Part shown: positions 9,616-17,306 of the stretch, piece by piece
Layout of the letters: each line of letters begins with the position of its first letter
How positions within the stretch are numbered: the first letter of the stretch is position 1
DNA from: a virus
Taxonomy: Duplodnaviria > Caudoviricetes
Length of the DNA stretch: 30,742 nucleotides
Direction: 5' to 3' (one strand)
Virus record (IMG/VR): IMGVR_UViG_3300030332_001053
Span: 1-30,742 of that record
The notes under the pieces: generated by a model
What the model was told of the DNA's origin: nothing
Seen by the model: only the letters and a program-made list of their open reading frames with translations
Databases searched by the model: none
Program-made: the position numbers and the translations under genes

Positions 9616-9867
9616 ATGAAGTACGTAGTAGCAATACATATCCTTACGGGAACAACAGTTAATCTTCCTGTTTCGGAAATCTCAGATGAATACAAGGTTA
9701 TAAACGGTATTCAGTTTGATTTACCAGATGGGACTAAACCGTTTGTTGAAGCAGAGATAGTTGAAGATGAATCAGATGAAGAGAAGTTTGAATTTGAGGG
9801 AAAAGAATACAAAACAGAAAGAGGTATGAAGGCAGCAATGACTAGAGCAGCTAAAAAGGCAGAATAA
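9616..9867 (+). CDS. Hypothetical protein (acidic middle, basic C-terminus)
   Basis: 83-aa ORF with AT-rich start context downstream of a promoter. Confidence 0.7.
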   Translation: MKYVVAIHILTGTTVNLPVSEISDEYKVINGIQFDLPDGTKPFVEAEIVEDESDEEKFEFEGKEYKTERGMKAAMTRAAKKAE

Positions 9868-9911
9868 AAGTGACAAAATATAGATGCGGCAATAATCTTT
9901 AACTTATTTAT

Positions 9912-10499
9912 ATGAATAAGAAAGAAGCGGTGGTGATTCATCATACAGTAACACCATCGACATGGAATCTAGACAAAACAGTAAAGAGTATTAATACACA
10001 TCATAAAAACAGAGGTTTTCCAAAGGGAGGTAAAGATCTTTATATCGGGTATCATTATATGATTCACCCAAATGGAGAAGTAGTACAAACTAGAAGAGAT
10101 AACGACATCGGAGCACATACTCGTGAAAAGAGTATGAATTATAAAGCTATCGGTGTTGCTTTAATTGGGAACTTCAATAAAGACAAATTAGAGGGAAAAC
10201 AATATGATTCGTTGGTTAATTTATTAAAAGAACTCTCAGAGCGATATAAATGGTCCAGGAATGATTTATATCATCATGGCATGTTCAAGCCCACCGCTTG
10301 CCCCGGCATGGCTCTAAGGGCGAAATTTGAAGGAATAAAAGATGATGTATTCGAAATAGGATTAAATATACCAGAATGGGCAGAAGATTCTGTTGAGTGG
10401 ACAATTAATAAAGAATTGATAACAGATTGGAGTGAACCAAGCAGACCAGTTAACCGCTATGAGTTAGCGGAGATACTTTTTAAATATAATAATCTTTAA
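9912..10499 (+). CDS. Endolysin: N-acetylmuramoyl-L-alanine amidase (Amidase_2/PGRP fold) with C-terminal SLH-like domain
   Basis: VVIHHT, IGYHYMI, GAH, IGVALIGNF, H...TACPG zinc-amidase motifs. The C-terminal IPEWAEDSVEW...PSRPVNRYELAEILFK resembles an SLH repeat. Confidence 0.9.
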   Translation: MNKKEAVVIHHTVTPSTWNLDKTVKSINTHHKNRGFPKGGKDLYIGYHYMIHPNGEVVQTRRDNDIGAHTREKSMNYKAIGVALIGNFNKDKLEGKQYDSLVNLLKELSERYKWSRNDLYHHGMFKPTACPGMALRAKFEGIKDDVFEIGLNIPEWAEDSVEWTINKELITDWSEPSRPVNRYELAEILFKYNNL

Positions 10500-10509
10500 C
10501 CCCAAATTC

Positions 10510-10584
10510 ATGTTTGAAGGAGAAGCTCCAGAAGCAGCTGAAGAAGCTGTGGAGGAAGAAGCTGCCGAGGAAGCAGCAGAGTAA
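10510..10584 (+). CDS. Putative 24-aa acidic peptide (MFEGEAPEAAEEAVEEEAAEEAAE)
   Basis: ATG 10510 to TAA 10584, filling the gap between endolysin and holin. Same TAACCCC upstream context as the holin start. Confidence 0.5.
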   Translation: MFEGEAPEAAEEAVEEEAAEEAAE

Positions 10585-10602
10585 TACGTAACCCCATAAT
10601 TT

Positions 10603-10842
10603 ATGGAAACACTATTAGGAATGGCGTTAGCCGGTGCAGTAGTCACTGGCGTAGTTGAATTAGCTAAACGTTTTAATATATCGGCAAAATTGACAATGGG
10701 CGTTCTCGCTATCATTGCGGCAGGAGGTTATGTATTCTTCACAGAGTACGCTACTGCTGAAGCGGTGCAACTTGTACTATCTGTATGGGGTACTGCTGTA
10801 GTCTTCTACGAGTTTATTATTAAGAAATTACTCTCTAAATGA
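10603..10842 (+). CDS. Putative holin
   Basis: 79 aa with about three hydrophobic segments and a basic C-terminus; adjacent to the endolysin. Confidence 0.7.
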   Translation: METLLGMALAGAVVTGVVELAKRFNISAKLTMGVLAIIAAGGYVFFTEYATAEAVQLVLSVWGTAVVFYEFIIKKLLSK

Positions 10843-10846
10843 TTAT

Positions 10847-11056
10847 ATGAGTACTTGGCGAGACGGAATTACGATAGGTAGAAATATTTATTTATGGCAA
10901 GCACCAGTTAGGTTTAAAGGTAGTATTTGGCCCCTAACATTAAATATTGACTTGCGTAGTCCCTATAAGAAGTTCAAGATTAATCGTATGTTAAGAGAGA
11001 TAAAATATTATGAATGGATTCAAGGAAATTTTAAGATTAAACAAATTTACAATTAA
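10847..11056 (+). CDS. Hypothetical basic protein
   Basis: 69-aa ORF starting 4 nt after the holin stop. Confidence 0.5.
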   Translation: MSTWRDGITIGRNIYLWQAPVRFKGSIWPLTLNIDLRSPYKKFKINRMLREIKYYEWIQGNFKIKQIYN

Positions 11057-11255
11057 GTAAATATGTGATAAAGTATAAATTGCTTTAGTGCGGATCAATT
11101 AGAATACGTTGAAAACAAGCGGGCGATCAAAAGTAATACATGAGCGCCACAAAAGTTTAGACTAACGCTAATAGATAACATATCTAGGAATATCCTAATC
11201 AATTCATTGAAAAGGGCTTACTGGATATATAAAATATGGTAAGGTTAAGTTAGAT

Positions 11256-11297
11256 AAAGAGGGGAAAGATTAGATTCGATTACCCTCTTTTTCTTTT
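11256..11297 (+). terminator. Possible intrinsic terminator at the convergence of the two arms
   Basis: AAAGAGGG (11256-11263) pairs with CCCTCTTT (11283-11290), followed by TTCTTTT; large loop. Confidence 0.35.
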
Positions 11298-11464
11298 GGT
11301 AATTCGTAAGCAATTATCCGAGCATTAACTTCGGGATATTTGTTCTTTAATGCAGCTAGAGCGCTATCCAACTGATAAAAGGTTTCAGAGTAACCCTCAT
11401 CTTCTGGGAAGTCGATTTTTATTTCAAGTGTTTTCAATTTTATAATATTTAATTTTTTCTTCAA
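11270..11464 (-). CDS. Hypothetical protein (start uncertain)
   Basis: Last ORF of the leftward arm; overlaps the ninG end. Confidence 0.55.
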   Translation of the reverse strand: MKKKLNIIKLKTLEIKIDFPEDEGYSETFYQLDSALAALKNKYPEVNARIIAYELPKEKEGNRI

Positions 11465-11864
11465 GCCAGTCTATATCCCAGCTCCAACTATTATTACGAT
11501 TTGTATCAAGTTCTGTTACAGTATCTTTTCCATACTTAGCGATCATACCTAGTCTGTATTCATTCTCATTGCCGCTTTTCCAGTTGTTGCAGCCACGACA
11601 TTGGGCGTTAACATTACGTTCATCAAATCGCAGGGAACTATAATGGACTCTCCAGAAATGTCCAGCGTCAGCAGTATCGTAAGCAATTATTTCTTCGCAA
11701 CTAATACATTTACAAGGGCAATCTCTATGTCGAATAAACTTATTAAAATGTTTCTCGAGTTCTTTGATTAGTTTTTTACGGTAATCGCTATGATCCTTAA
11801 CGGTCATCTCTTGATCGCTATGGTAGATCTTACGTAAAGTCCTGATGTCTTTTTTCTTAGCCAT
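11424..11864 (-). CDS. ninG: NinG/Rap family HNH-type recombination endonuclease
   Basis: FNKFIRHRD...CISC...DAGHF...LRFDERNVNAQCRGCN signature. Confidence 0.88.
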   Translation of the reverse strand: MAKKKDIRTLRKIYHSDQEMTVKDHSDYRKKLIKELEKHFNKFIRHRDCPCKCISCEEIIAYDTADAGHFWRVHYSSLRFDERNVNAQCRGCNNWKSGNENEYRLGMIAKYGKDTVTELDTNRNNSWSWDIDWLEEKIKYYKIENT

Positions 11865-12078
11865 TAAGTTGAGTTAAAAATTTCTTCCACTGTTTAGGTG
11901 TGATCCATAGGTCACCTTCGCTTTTGTATACGCCAGGCTTAAATATGAGCCCCAGGGCATACTGTACTCTTTTATAAAAAGAGTCTTCAGGTCTAACAAT
12001 ATCTATACTTACTTGTCCTGGACCTATTTCTATTTCAAGATAATTAGAACAGCAAGCACATTTTAGTTTGTGGGTCAT
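11857..12078 (-). CDS. Hypothetical protein
   Basis: 73 aa with N-terminal CACC; tightly packed in the operon. Confidence 0.65.
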   Translation of the reverse strand: MTHKLKCACCSNYLEIEIGPGQVSIDIVRPEDSFYKRVQYALGLIFKPGVYKSEGDLWITPKQWKKFLTQLNG

Positions 12079-12080
12079 TG

Positions 12081-12323
12081 TTATTCAAGTTTACATGGTA
12101 TTTCCAATGATACTTCTACCCCTACAGCTCGTCCCTCTCCATCGTAGTCTTCGATCTCGACTTCGATTCCGATAGCTTGCATTTCAGCTTTTACATCATC
12201 ACATAGGGCAGAACATTTTCCCCAATCCAGGTGGTGGGTTACGTCTAGGTCTCCGTCTAAATCGTAGCTCATACCACATGCAGCAGTTAAGGCTAATGCT
12301 GTCAAGCCTAGTTTTCCGTTCAT
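12081..12323 (-). CDS. Putative small lipoprotein
   Basis: MNGK-LGLTALALTAA-C: basic residue, hydrophobic core and lipobox-like TAAC, followed by an acidic mature region. Confidence 0.55.
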   Translation of the reverse strand: MNGKLGLTALALTAACGMSYDLDGDLDVTHHLDWGKCSALCDDVKAEMQAIGIEVEIEDYDGEGRAVGVEVSLEIPCKLE

Positions 12324-12332
12324 AGGATTAAG

Positions 12333-12683
12333 TTAAATTACATTTACATTATCTATCAAATGCTCCGTACCATTCCGATTCACCGCCACAAGCTCATACG
12401 TCCATCTATCATCCTGAATCCAAATAGGGGAATGGTCTAAGGCACACTCTACGATCAAGGCTCGGTTCTCATGTACCATTTCTTTTACTCTGTCTTTCCA
12501 TGATTCATGACCTGTAACAATAGGCTCTGCTCTTCTAGTGTACACAGTCCGAACCTCCCCGCCCACAATAGCTCTAATCGTTGCAGTTGATACCTCGACA
12601 GAGAAGCTTCTACGTTGCTCTCTCCACTCCCTTGTATGGGAGTTGGCGTTGTTAGGTCTGGCTACATATATAACAGTTGTCAA
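12333..12683 (-). CDS. Hypothetical protein
   Basis: 116-aa ORF with TTG start, same strand as its neighbours. Confidence 0.55.
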   Translation of the reverse strand: MTTVIYVARPNNANSHTREWREQRRSFSVEVSTATIRAIVGGEVRTVYTRRAEPIVTGHESWKDRVKEMVHENRALIVECALDHSPIWIQDDRWTYELVAVNRNGTEHLIDNVNVI

Positions 12684-12862
12684 TTACTACGCTCATGCAA
12701 GGTTTGCACTCTGGCGGCTCTACCTTCTCATCCGTTTTCTTCATCACCTGATTCACCTCTGTATTTATCACGTCTTGAGCGTCTGTTAATCGTACAAGGT
12801 CTATTGCTGCCGCCATAGCAACAATCCCTAGTCCGATTCTTACAGAACGTTCAAGTATCATG
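12652..12862 (-). CDS. Hypothetical membrane-anchored, Cys-containing protein (start uncertain; track gives 12924)
   Basis: MILERSVRIGLGIVAMAAAIDL hydrophobic N-terminus and C-terminal CKPC/CYIC. Confidence 0.45.
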
Positions 12863-12880
12863 AATAGTATAATTATACCA

Positions 12881-13309
12881 TTATTTAGGGGTGTTTGTCG
12901 ATTCGAGAAGGTCTGGATTCTCATGTATGTTTCCTATTACTGAAGCGTCTGTATCAATCATTTGCCCAGTTATGTACTCGTTGTCGTCTTTATCCGCTAT
13001 GTTTTCCACGTAAAATCCATGAACAAAGTAATCGTACTCATGCCCGTTAGCCCCTAGATTGGTTGTCCCGAACTTCACTACGCCTTGCATGAATATATCA
13101 GTCGATTGCACTCCCTTCCTGCTATAATAAATAGCAACTATATCCCCCTCGTATATCTCTGCTCCGTTCTTGTCCTTTAAACTTGTGTATTGATCCTTCA
13201 CTTCATAGTCAGTAGTAAAACGCACGGTCATAATTTCTTCTAAGGTATAAAATTTAAAGAACCATCCATCCTCATCCTGTTTGCCGAATCTAAATTTTAT
13301 TTCTCTCAT
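12881..13309 (-). CDS. YopX family protein
   Basis: MREIKFR...QYTSLKDKNGAEIYEGDIV...VIGNIHENPDLL signature. Confidence 0.92.
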   Translation of the reverse strand: MREIKFRFGKQDEDGWFFKFYTLEEIMTVRFTTDYEVKDQYTSLKDKNGAEIYEGDIVAIYYSRKGVQSTDIFMQGVVKFGTTNLGANGHEYDYFVHGFYVENIADKDDNEYITGQMIDTDASVIGNIHENPDLLESTNTPK

Positions 13310-13536
13310 ATTTTATTTTGTTTAAATCTTTGTACTAAAGCATTCAATTCATTCCGCTCAACTTGTCGAAACAACTTAGCGATCTGACCTTGCTTATGCC
13401 TAATATGTCCTTGTATCCCTGCTAACTCTTGTAGTCCTTTGTAGCTCTCAGGGTTTATTCCATTACGCTGTTGACCTAGCTTGTCTACTTCATCAGAGAG
13501 TATCTGGATCTTTTCTAGTTTTTGATTACGGCTCAT
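13306..13536 (-). CDS. Hypothetical coiled-coil protein
   Basis: 76 aa with ATGA overlaps on both sides. Confidence 0.7.
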   Translation of the reverse strand: MSRNQKLEKIQILSDEVDKLGQQRNGINPESYKGLQELAGIQGHIRHKQGQIAKLFRQVERNELNALVQRFKQNKI

Positions 13537-13655
13537 ATCAGCTTGGCTAATACCTCAATTCCAAACCACAGAAACGCGTGTAGTAATGCAAGCATTCCAA
13601 TCAAAATACCAAGTATCAATATAATTAGCGCAGTATAGTTATAAATTTTTTTCAT
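13533..13655 (-). CDS. Small single-pass membrane protein (40 aa)
   Basis: MKKIYNYTALIILILGILIGMLALLHAFLWFGIEVLAKLI; its stop overlaps the next ATG (ATGA). Not in the ORF track. Confidence 0.65.
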   Translation of the reverse strand: MKKIYNYTALIILILGILIGMLALLHAFLWFGIEVLAKLI

Positions 13656-13656
13656 G

Positions 13657-13830
13657 TTATTCTCTTAAAGCACCTAATTTTACTGCAATACCAAATACTA
13701 AATCATATACTGCTTTAGCTTCCGGATCTTTTTGATCTTGAATAGAATCTAAAAACTCTGTTACAAGATCAAACATAAATTCCCTTTCTAATCGATTGAA
13801 TTTTATTTTCTTCCTATCTTTATTACTCAT
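13657..13830 (-). CDS. Hypothetical protein (57 aa)
   Basis: MSNKDRKKIKFNRLEREFMFDLVTEFLDS...; fills the operon gap exactly. Not in the ORF track. Confidence 0.65.
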   Translation of the reverse strand: MSNKDRKKIKFNRLEREFMFDLVTEFLDSIQDQKDPEAKAVYDLVFGIAVKLGALRE

Positions 13831-14023
13831 AAGCTACTTCGACAACTTCTTTAGTCACTTCAATAGTGATATTGATATCGCCGGATAATATGTATTTTCT
13901 AACTCTTGGCAATGTTTTATCATTCTCGTCTTTCATGATCGGAGCTAACCATTGTTTTACAACGATAACTTCTTGTCCCGATATTTTGTGCTTTATAGTC
14001 TGCCCGACTTCGTACTTCCACAT
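13823..14023 (-). CDS. Hypothetical protein (SH3-like beta pattern)
   Basis: KYEVGQTIKHKISGQEVIVV pattern; operon packing. Confidence 0.65.
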   Translation of the reverse strand: MWKYEVGQTIKHKISGQEVIVVKQWLAPIMKDENDKTLPRVRKYILSGDINITIEVTKEVVEVAYE

Positions 14024-14037
14024 AATAGTGAATTAAA

Positions 14038-14340
14038 TTAATATTTTTCTTTTACTGTTTGTAACCAGATTTTAGATCGATCGTTGCCAGTCCATTTTTT
14101 AGCATCAGCTAAGGTAGGAAAGCGACCACCATAACCCCTCAGCCATACTCGTTTGAAATCGTCGAAGCTTTCCTGTGTAGTATTATACCATTTTAATTGT
14201 CTCTCGCCATTGGGCCACTCCATTATTCCAAAACAATTATTCTTACTCACTCCAGATCCTTTGGTGCAATTGGCGGTTTCGGCAACCGAGACTGCGTACG
14301 CCAATCGTTCAAGGTCTGCTGGTCCTGCTTCAGATACCAC
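14038..14340 (-). CDS. Lysozyme-like (GH73 glucosaminidase-like) domain, probably expressed as a -1 frameshift fusion with the upstream gene
   Basis: VAET (putative catalytic Glu), NNCFGI and YNTTQESFDDF motifs. The frame is open back to 14475 with no ATG before the GTG at 14340. Confidence 0.7.
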   Translation of the reverse strand: MVSEAGPADLERLAYAVSVAETANCTKGSGVSKNNCFGIMEWPNGERQLKWYNTTQESFDDFKRVWLRGYGGRFPTLADAKKWTGNDRSKIWLQTVKEKY

Positions 14341-14450
14341 ATTGCTATTCGGCGCGCTACCATGGCCCGCAATTTGGGATTGAACTTGAACTGTTTCCTG
14401 TAAAACTGTGCGCGAATTGGTTCGCTGTTTAGGTAATTCATAAGATTGGG

Positions 14451-14807
14451 TTATTGTTCTTTTGGGTACATACTTTCAAACCTGGGGTCTTTAAATTCAT
14501 TTTCGTTAGCGTAGTCGCTATTTAAAAGCCCCCCCAGCCAATTATAGCAAGAAGCCTTCCTAGATACCACTTCATTAGTTAATCTTCCATAGAGATCAAC
14601 CTCGCCTCTCTCTGTCGATCCTATCGTTTTATCTTCTAATTGTAATACTTTGAATCCACATAAATCTTTTGCGGAATTAAAGAATGCTTGTTTTTGTATT
14701 TGTACTTGCCGATCAAAACCCGATCCAGCGAATACTACTTGCGCCGCTAGCGAACCTACTATAGCCGCTATAACGAAGTAACCGATATGTTTTTTTGTAA
14801 ACCGCAT
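14451..14807 (-). CDS. Protein with N-terminal signal/TM segment
   Basis: MRFTKKH-IGYFVIAAIVGSLAAQVVFA; ends with TAC CCA AAA GAA CAA TAA. Confidence 0.75.
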   Translation of the reverse strand: MRFTKKHIGYFVIAAIVGSLAAQVVFAGSGFDRQVQIQKQAFFNSAKDLCGFKVLQLEDKTIGSTERGEVDLYGRLTNEVVSRKASCYNWLGGLLNSDYANENEFKDPRFESMYPKEQ

Positions 14808-14824
14808 GTTGCAATTTGGTTAAA

Positions 14825-15169
14825 TTATTCAAAATTACTTATATTTATTTGAGCAGTCATTATTTTATTCATGGATTGACAGACTGCCAGTGCTATTTCC
14901 ATTCTCTTAAATAAACTAAGAGCCTTATAATGTTCTGTTCGAGCATTTTCTAATCCTTTAAGATAATCTTTATATTCTTGACTACCTAATGCTTCTCGCT
15001 CTCTGGATGCTTCACTACCAGTAAAACCTTTACCAATAGCAGCGATCATAGACTTCTGTAGCTCCTTAAGGTTTTCATAAGTAGCTTTCGTATCATAGTA
15101 TTCATTACATACTTTTGGAGCTGTCTTAAGAATATCATTAAGCCGATCTATTATTTCATTTGGGTTCAT
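14825..15169 (-). CDS. Hypothetical helical protein
   Basis: 114 aa, coiled-coil-like, in the recombination module. Confidence 0.75.
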   Translation of the reverse strand: MNPNEIIDRLNDILKTAPKVCNEYYDTKATYENLKELQKSMIAAIGKGFTGSEASREREALGSQEYKDYLKGLENARTEHYKALSLFKRMEIALAVCQSMNKIMTAQINISNFE

Positions 15170-15171
15170 AT

Positions 15172-15591
15172 CTAAAAGGGTAAATCATCTATTTCTACTT
15201 CTTCTTTTTCAGCTATCGCTTTATCTATTCGTTCTTCCGTATCGTGGCTCATACATGCGCCTTTTGCTTCTTCTAAAGATATTTTGTGAACAAGGTTAAT
15301 AAAGTACCGGACTTCCTTACCCTCTTTGCCGTTTGTCTTCACGCCGAATGTTTTGCCATTAATATCACATTTACCTTCTTTGTAAGCACCGGTAAGCATT
15401 TGCCCCAATTGTGCTTGAGAAACCTCGAGGCCACCATGATCCGTGATAAGAAAGTATCTCTTAGCATATCCTGGTTTCCAAGTATTAGAAGTGAGCATCT
15501 TGCGTTCTGCATCATCCCACATTTTCCACGTAAAACCTTTCGCCTCCATAACAGAGAAAGATATTCCGTCTTTTAGTCTTATATAGTCCAT
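15172..15591 (-). CDS. Putative single-stranded DNA-binding protein
   Basis: Beta-rich body with an acidic tail ending EEVEIDDLPF (SSB-Ct-like); next to the exonuclease. Confidence 0.6.
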   Translation of the reverse strand: MDYIRLKDGISFSVMEAKGFTWKMWDDAERKMLTSNTWKPGYAKRYFLITDHGGLEVSQAQLGQMLTGAYKEGKCDINGKTFGVKTNGKEGKEVRYFINLVHKISLEEAKGACMSHDTEERIDKAIAEKEEVEIDDLPF

Positions 15592-15600
15592 TAGTAAAAA

Positions 15601-16290
15601 TTAAATTTTGAAATATTCAGGGAACACATGTTGATTAGGTTTAGCGTTTGGGTACTTGACCTCAAACACGTTACTAATCGCTTCAAACTCCGCCCAATTC
15701 TCCTTAGCCTTTTTAAGTGGTAGGAAGCTCCAGCCTTTCTTAGTGGTGTTCCCCAAATGTAAGAGGGCTAGATTCCCCACCTTCTCAGAATAGCCGTAAG
15801 CAGCTAACTGAACCTTGTGGGAATTATGGATAGATTTACTTGTCTTATAATCTACAAGCCATATCTCACCGTCAATCTTGCACTTTAAATCTATAGTGCC
15901 AGCGAAATTATGTTTGTCGTTCCAAGTGATATACTCAGCGTCTATGATCTCGGGCTTAACTTCTTCTATCCATTCGAGGAATCCGCTCAAGCACTTTAAT
16001 ACTTTAAGAGACTGTTTAGACTTGAACATGCCTCTTACTTCGTCAGAAGATACTTTGTCTCCTTTAACCATCCTTTCAAGACAGTCATGGACGTAAGAAC
16101 CTAAAGCTCCAGATTCTTCCATGATCTCATCTGCTCTCTTATTACCTACGTCTCCTCTCCATTGCTGTAGTCCCCATTCAGAGGGTCCGGCCGTTGAGAG
16201 CTTATAGGTTACCGAGGGATTGTAATCCTCGCCTCTTTGGTAGAATCTCTCATCAAACTCGTATACGTTGATTTGTTTTATTTCATTCAT
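15601..16290 (-). CDS. PD-(D/E)XK exonuclease (RecB/Cas4-like phage family)
   Basis: PSVT, GSYVH, E, FAGTID, LVDYKT and QLAAY motifs. Confidence 0.9.
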   Translation of the reverse strand: MNEIKQINVYEFDERFYQRGEDYNPSVTYKLSTAGPSEWGLQQWRGDVGNKRADEIMEESGALGSYVHDCLERMVKGDKVSSDEVRGMFKSKQSLKVLKCLSGFLEWIEEVKPEIIDAEYITWNDKHNFAGTIDLKCKIDGEIWLVDYKTSKSIHNSHKVQLAAYGYSEKVGNLALLHLGNTTKKGWSFLPLKKAKENWAEFEAISNVFEVKYPNAKPNQHVFPEYFKI

Positions 16291-16517
16291 TTTAAGTTTT
16301 GGTTAATATAATTAATGGTATCTTTGTCGAGCGCCACATTGTTGACTAGGTGATCCAGGTATTCTTCTAGCTGCTCTAGTTTTGCCCAAGCGGCAAATGG
16401 TATCGCCATCCATTCTAGCTTACTTTCGCAAGATTTAAACTCCCGTAGAATTTCTAGCGCGATCTTTAAGTCATGCTTTTTCCGCTTAGTTTTTAAAAAA
16501 TCCGTGATCTTCGCCAT
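16287..16517 (-). CDS. Hypothetical protein
   Basis: 76 aa with ATGA coupling to the exonuclease. Confidence 0.7.
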   Translation of the reverse strand: MAKITDFLKTKRKKHDLKIALEILREFKSCESKLEWMAIPFAAWAKLEQLEEYLDHLVNNVALDKDTINYINQNLK

Positions 16518-16518
16518 T

Positions 16519-16899
16519 TTAATTCTTGGTTAATGATTTAAAATATTCCTCCCATAGGGCGTCCTCGTTGGCCGCAACGTAATCCATTAGTAAATCAGTG
16601 TAGCCGTCCTCATGTACCAGTCCTTCCCATTCGGGGTCAGGTATTTCCTTATCCTTATTCAGCCGGGTCCATTCCCAGAGCAGATCCATATTGTCCTTCT
16701 TCCATTGATCGCTGCCTTCTGGTGCGCTGTACCGCATAGCTCGAACGACTGTTAGTATCTCGGTAATCTCAAACGCTGCTACCGAATCCTTGGCCGTATA
16801 GTGGCGCTGAGTTACAAGCGCTTTTCTAATGATATCTAGTTCGTTGTTTGTTAGCTCTCGAGCTATTGCTGGCGGTCGTACTTCTGTTGCTTTATTCAT
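16519..16899 (-). CDS. Hypothetical protein
   Basis: 126-aa ORF packed in the operon. Confidence 0.7.
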   Translation of the reverse strand: MNKATEVRPPAIARELTNNELDIIRKALVTQRHYTAKDSVAAFEITEILTVVRAMRYSAPEGSDQWKKDNMDLLWEWTRLNKDKEIPDPEWEGLVHEDGYTDLLMDYVAANEDALWEEYFKSLTKN

Positions 16900-17089
16900 T
16901 ATTAGAGTGGTTAAGTGATTCTTCGTATCCGTAGAACCATGTGTCAGTATTCTGGTGCGAAGTACAAAACTTCTCGGCAGCCTCGTACGACATGTGCGAC
17001 TTGATTAGCTCCCGAGGGCTACCTATCTTAGATATTTTAAACAGGTCGTACGGAAGATCTTTGAATGTTTTTGCTTTAGACATATTCAT
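16892..17089 (-). CDS. Hypothetical protein (start 17089 or 17083)
   Basis: 65-aa ORF overlapping both neighbours. Confidence 0.65.
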   Translation of the reverse strand: MNMSKAKTFKDLPYDLFKISKIGSPRELIKSHMSYEAAEKFCTSHQNTDTWFYGYEESLNHSNNE

Positions 17090-17243
17090 GATGGTTAACT
17101 AATAAATTAGACGGATCGTAGTTTAAACAATCCTCATTTGAACAAGCGAGATACTCGAATTGTACGAGTTCATAATCTCCTTGAAAGGTATCCTCGGTGA
17201 GTACCTTTATTGGTTGCCTACATAGGCTGCATAGCATATTCAT
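17076..17243 (-). CDS. Small zinc-ribbon-like protein (55 aa), first gene of a leftward operon
   Basis: MNMLCSLCRQPIK...YLACSNEDCLNY (CxxC ... CxxxxC), directly after a promoter. Not in the ORF track. Confidence 0.65.
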   Translation of the reverse strand: MNMLCSLCRQPIKVLTEDTFQGDYELVQFEYLACSNEDCLNYDPSNLLVNHHEYV

Positions 17244-17272
17244 GTTGCAATGTTAAATGATATACTGAATAT

Positions 17273-17301
17273 ATCATACTATAAGTTAAGGTTAAAGTAA
17301 A
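17273..17301 (-). promoter_or_regulatory. Leftward sigma70 promoter
   Basis: TTTACT (17301-17296), 17 nt, TATGAT (17278-17273). Confidence 0.6.
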
Positions 17302-17306
17302 CCCTT

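Noticed and set aside
11089-11098. TGCGGATCAA identical to minus strand 19759-19750
   Set aside because: A single 10-nt match in the same sense as the mRNA, so not antisense; compatible with chance.
12081-12862. Rz/Rz1 spanin pair
   Set aside because: The genes are not nested or adjacent, lie outside the lysis cassette on the opposite strand, and lack the long coiled coil and Pro-rich features.
14247-14441. 64-aa ORF MNYLNSEP as a confident gene
   Set aside because: It overlaps the GH73-like frame and has no recognisable motif. Its start context is plausible, so it is kept only as a caveat to the frameshift model.
14518-14536. Slippery runs G GGG GGG and T TTA AAT in the 14451-14807 gene
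   Set aside because: The -1 frame hits TAG immediately (TTT AAA TAG), so these sites cannot reach the muramidase domain.
15601-16290. Cas4 / CRISPR adaptation gene
   Set aside because: No four-Cys Fe-S cluster motif and no cas context; an ordinary phage PD-(D/E)XK exonuclease beside an SSB-like gene.
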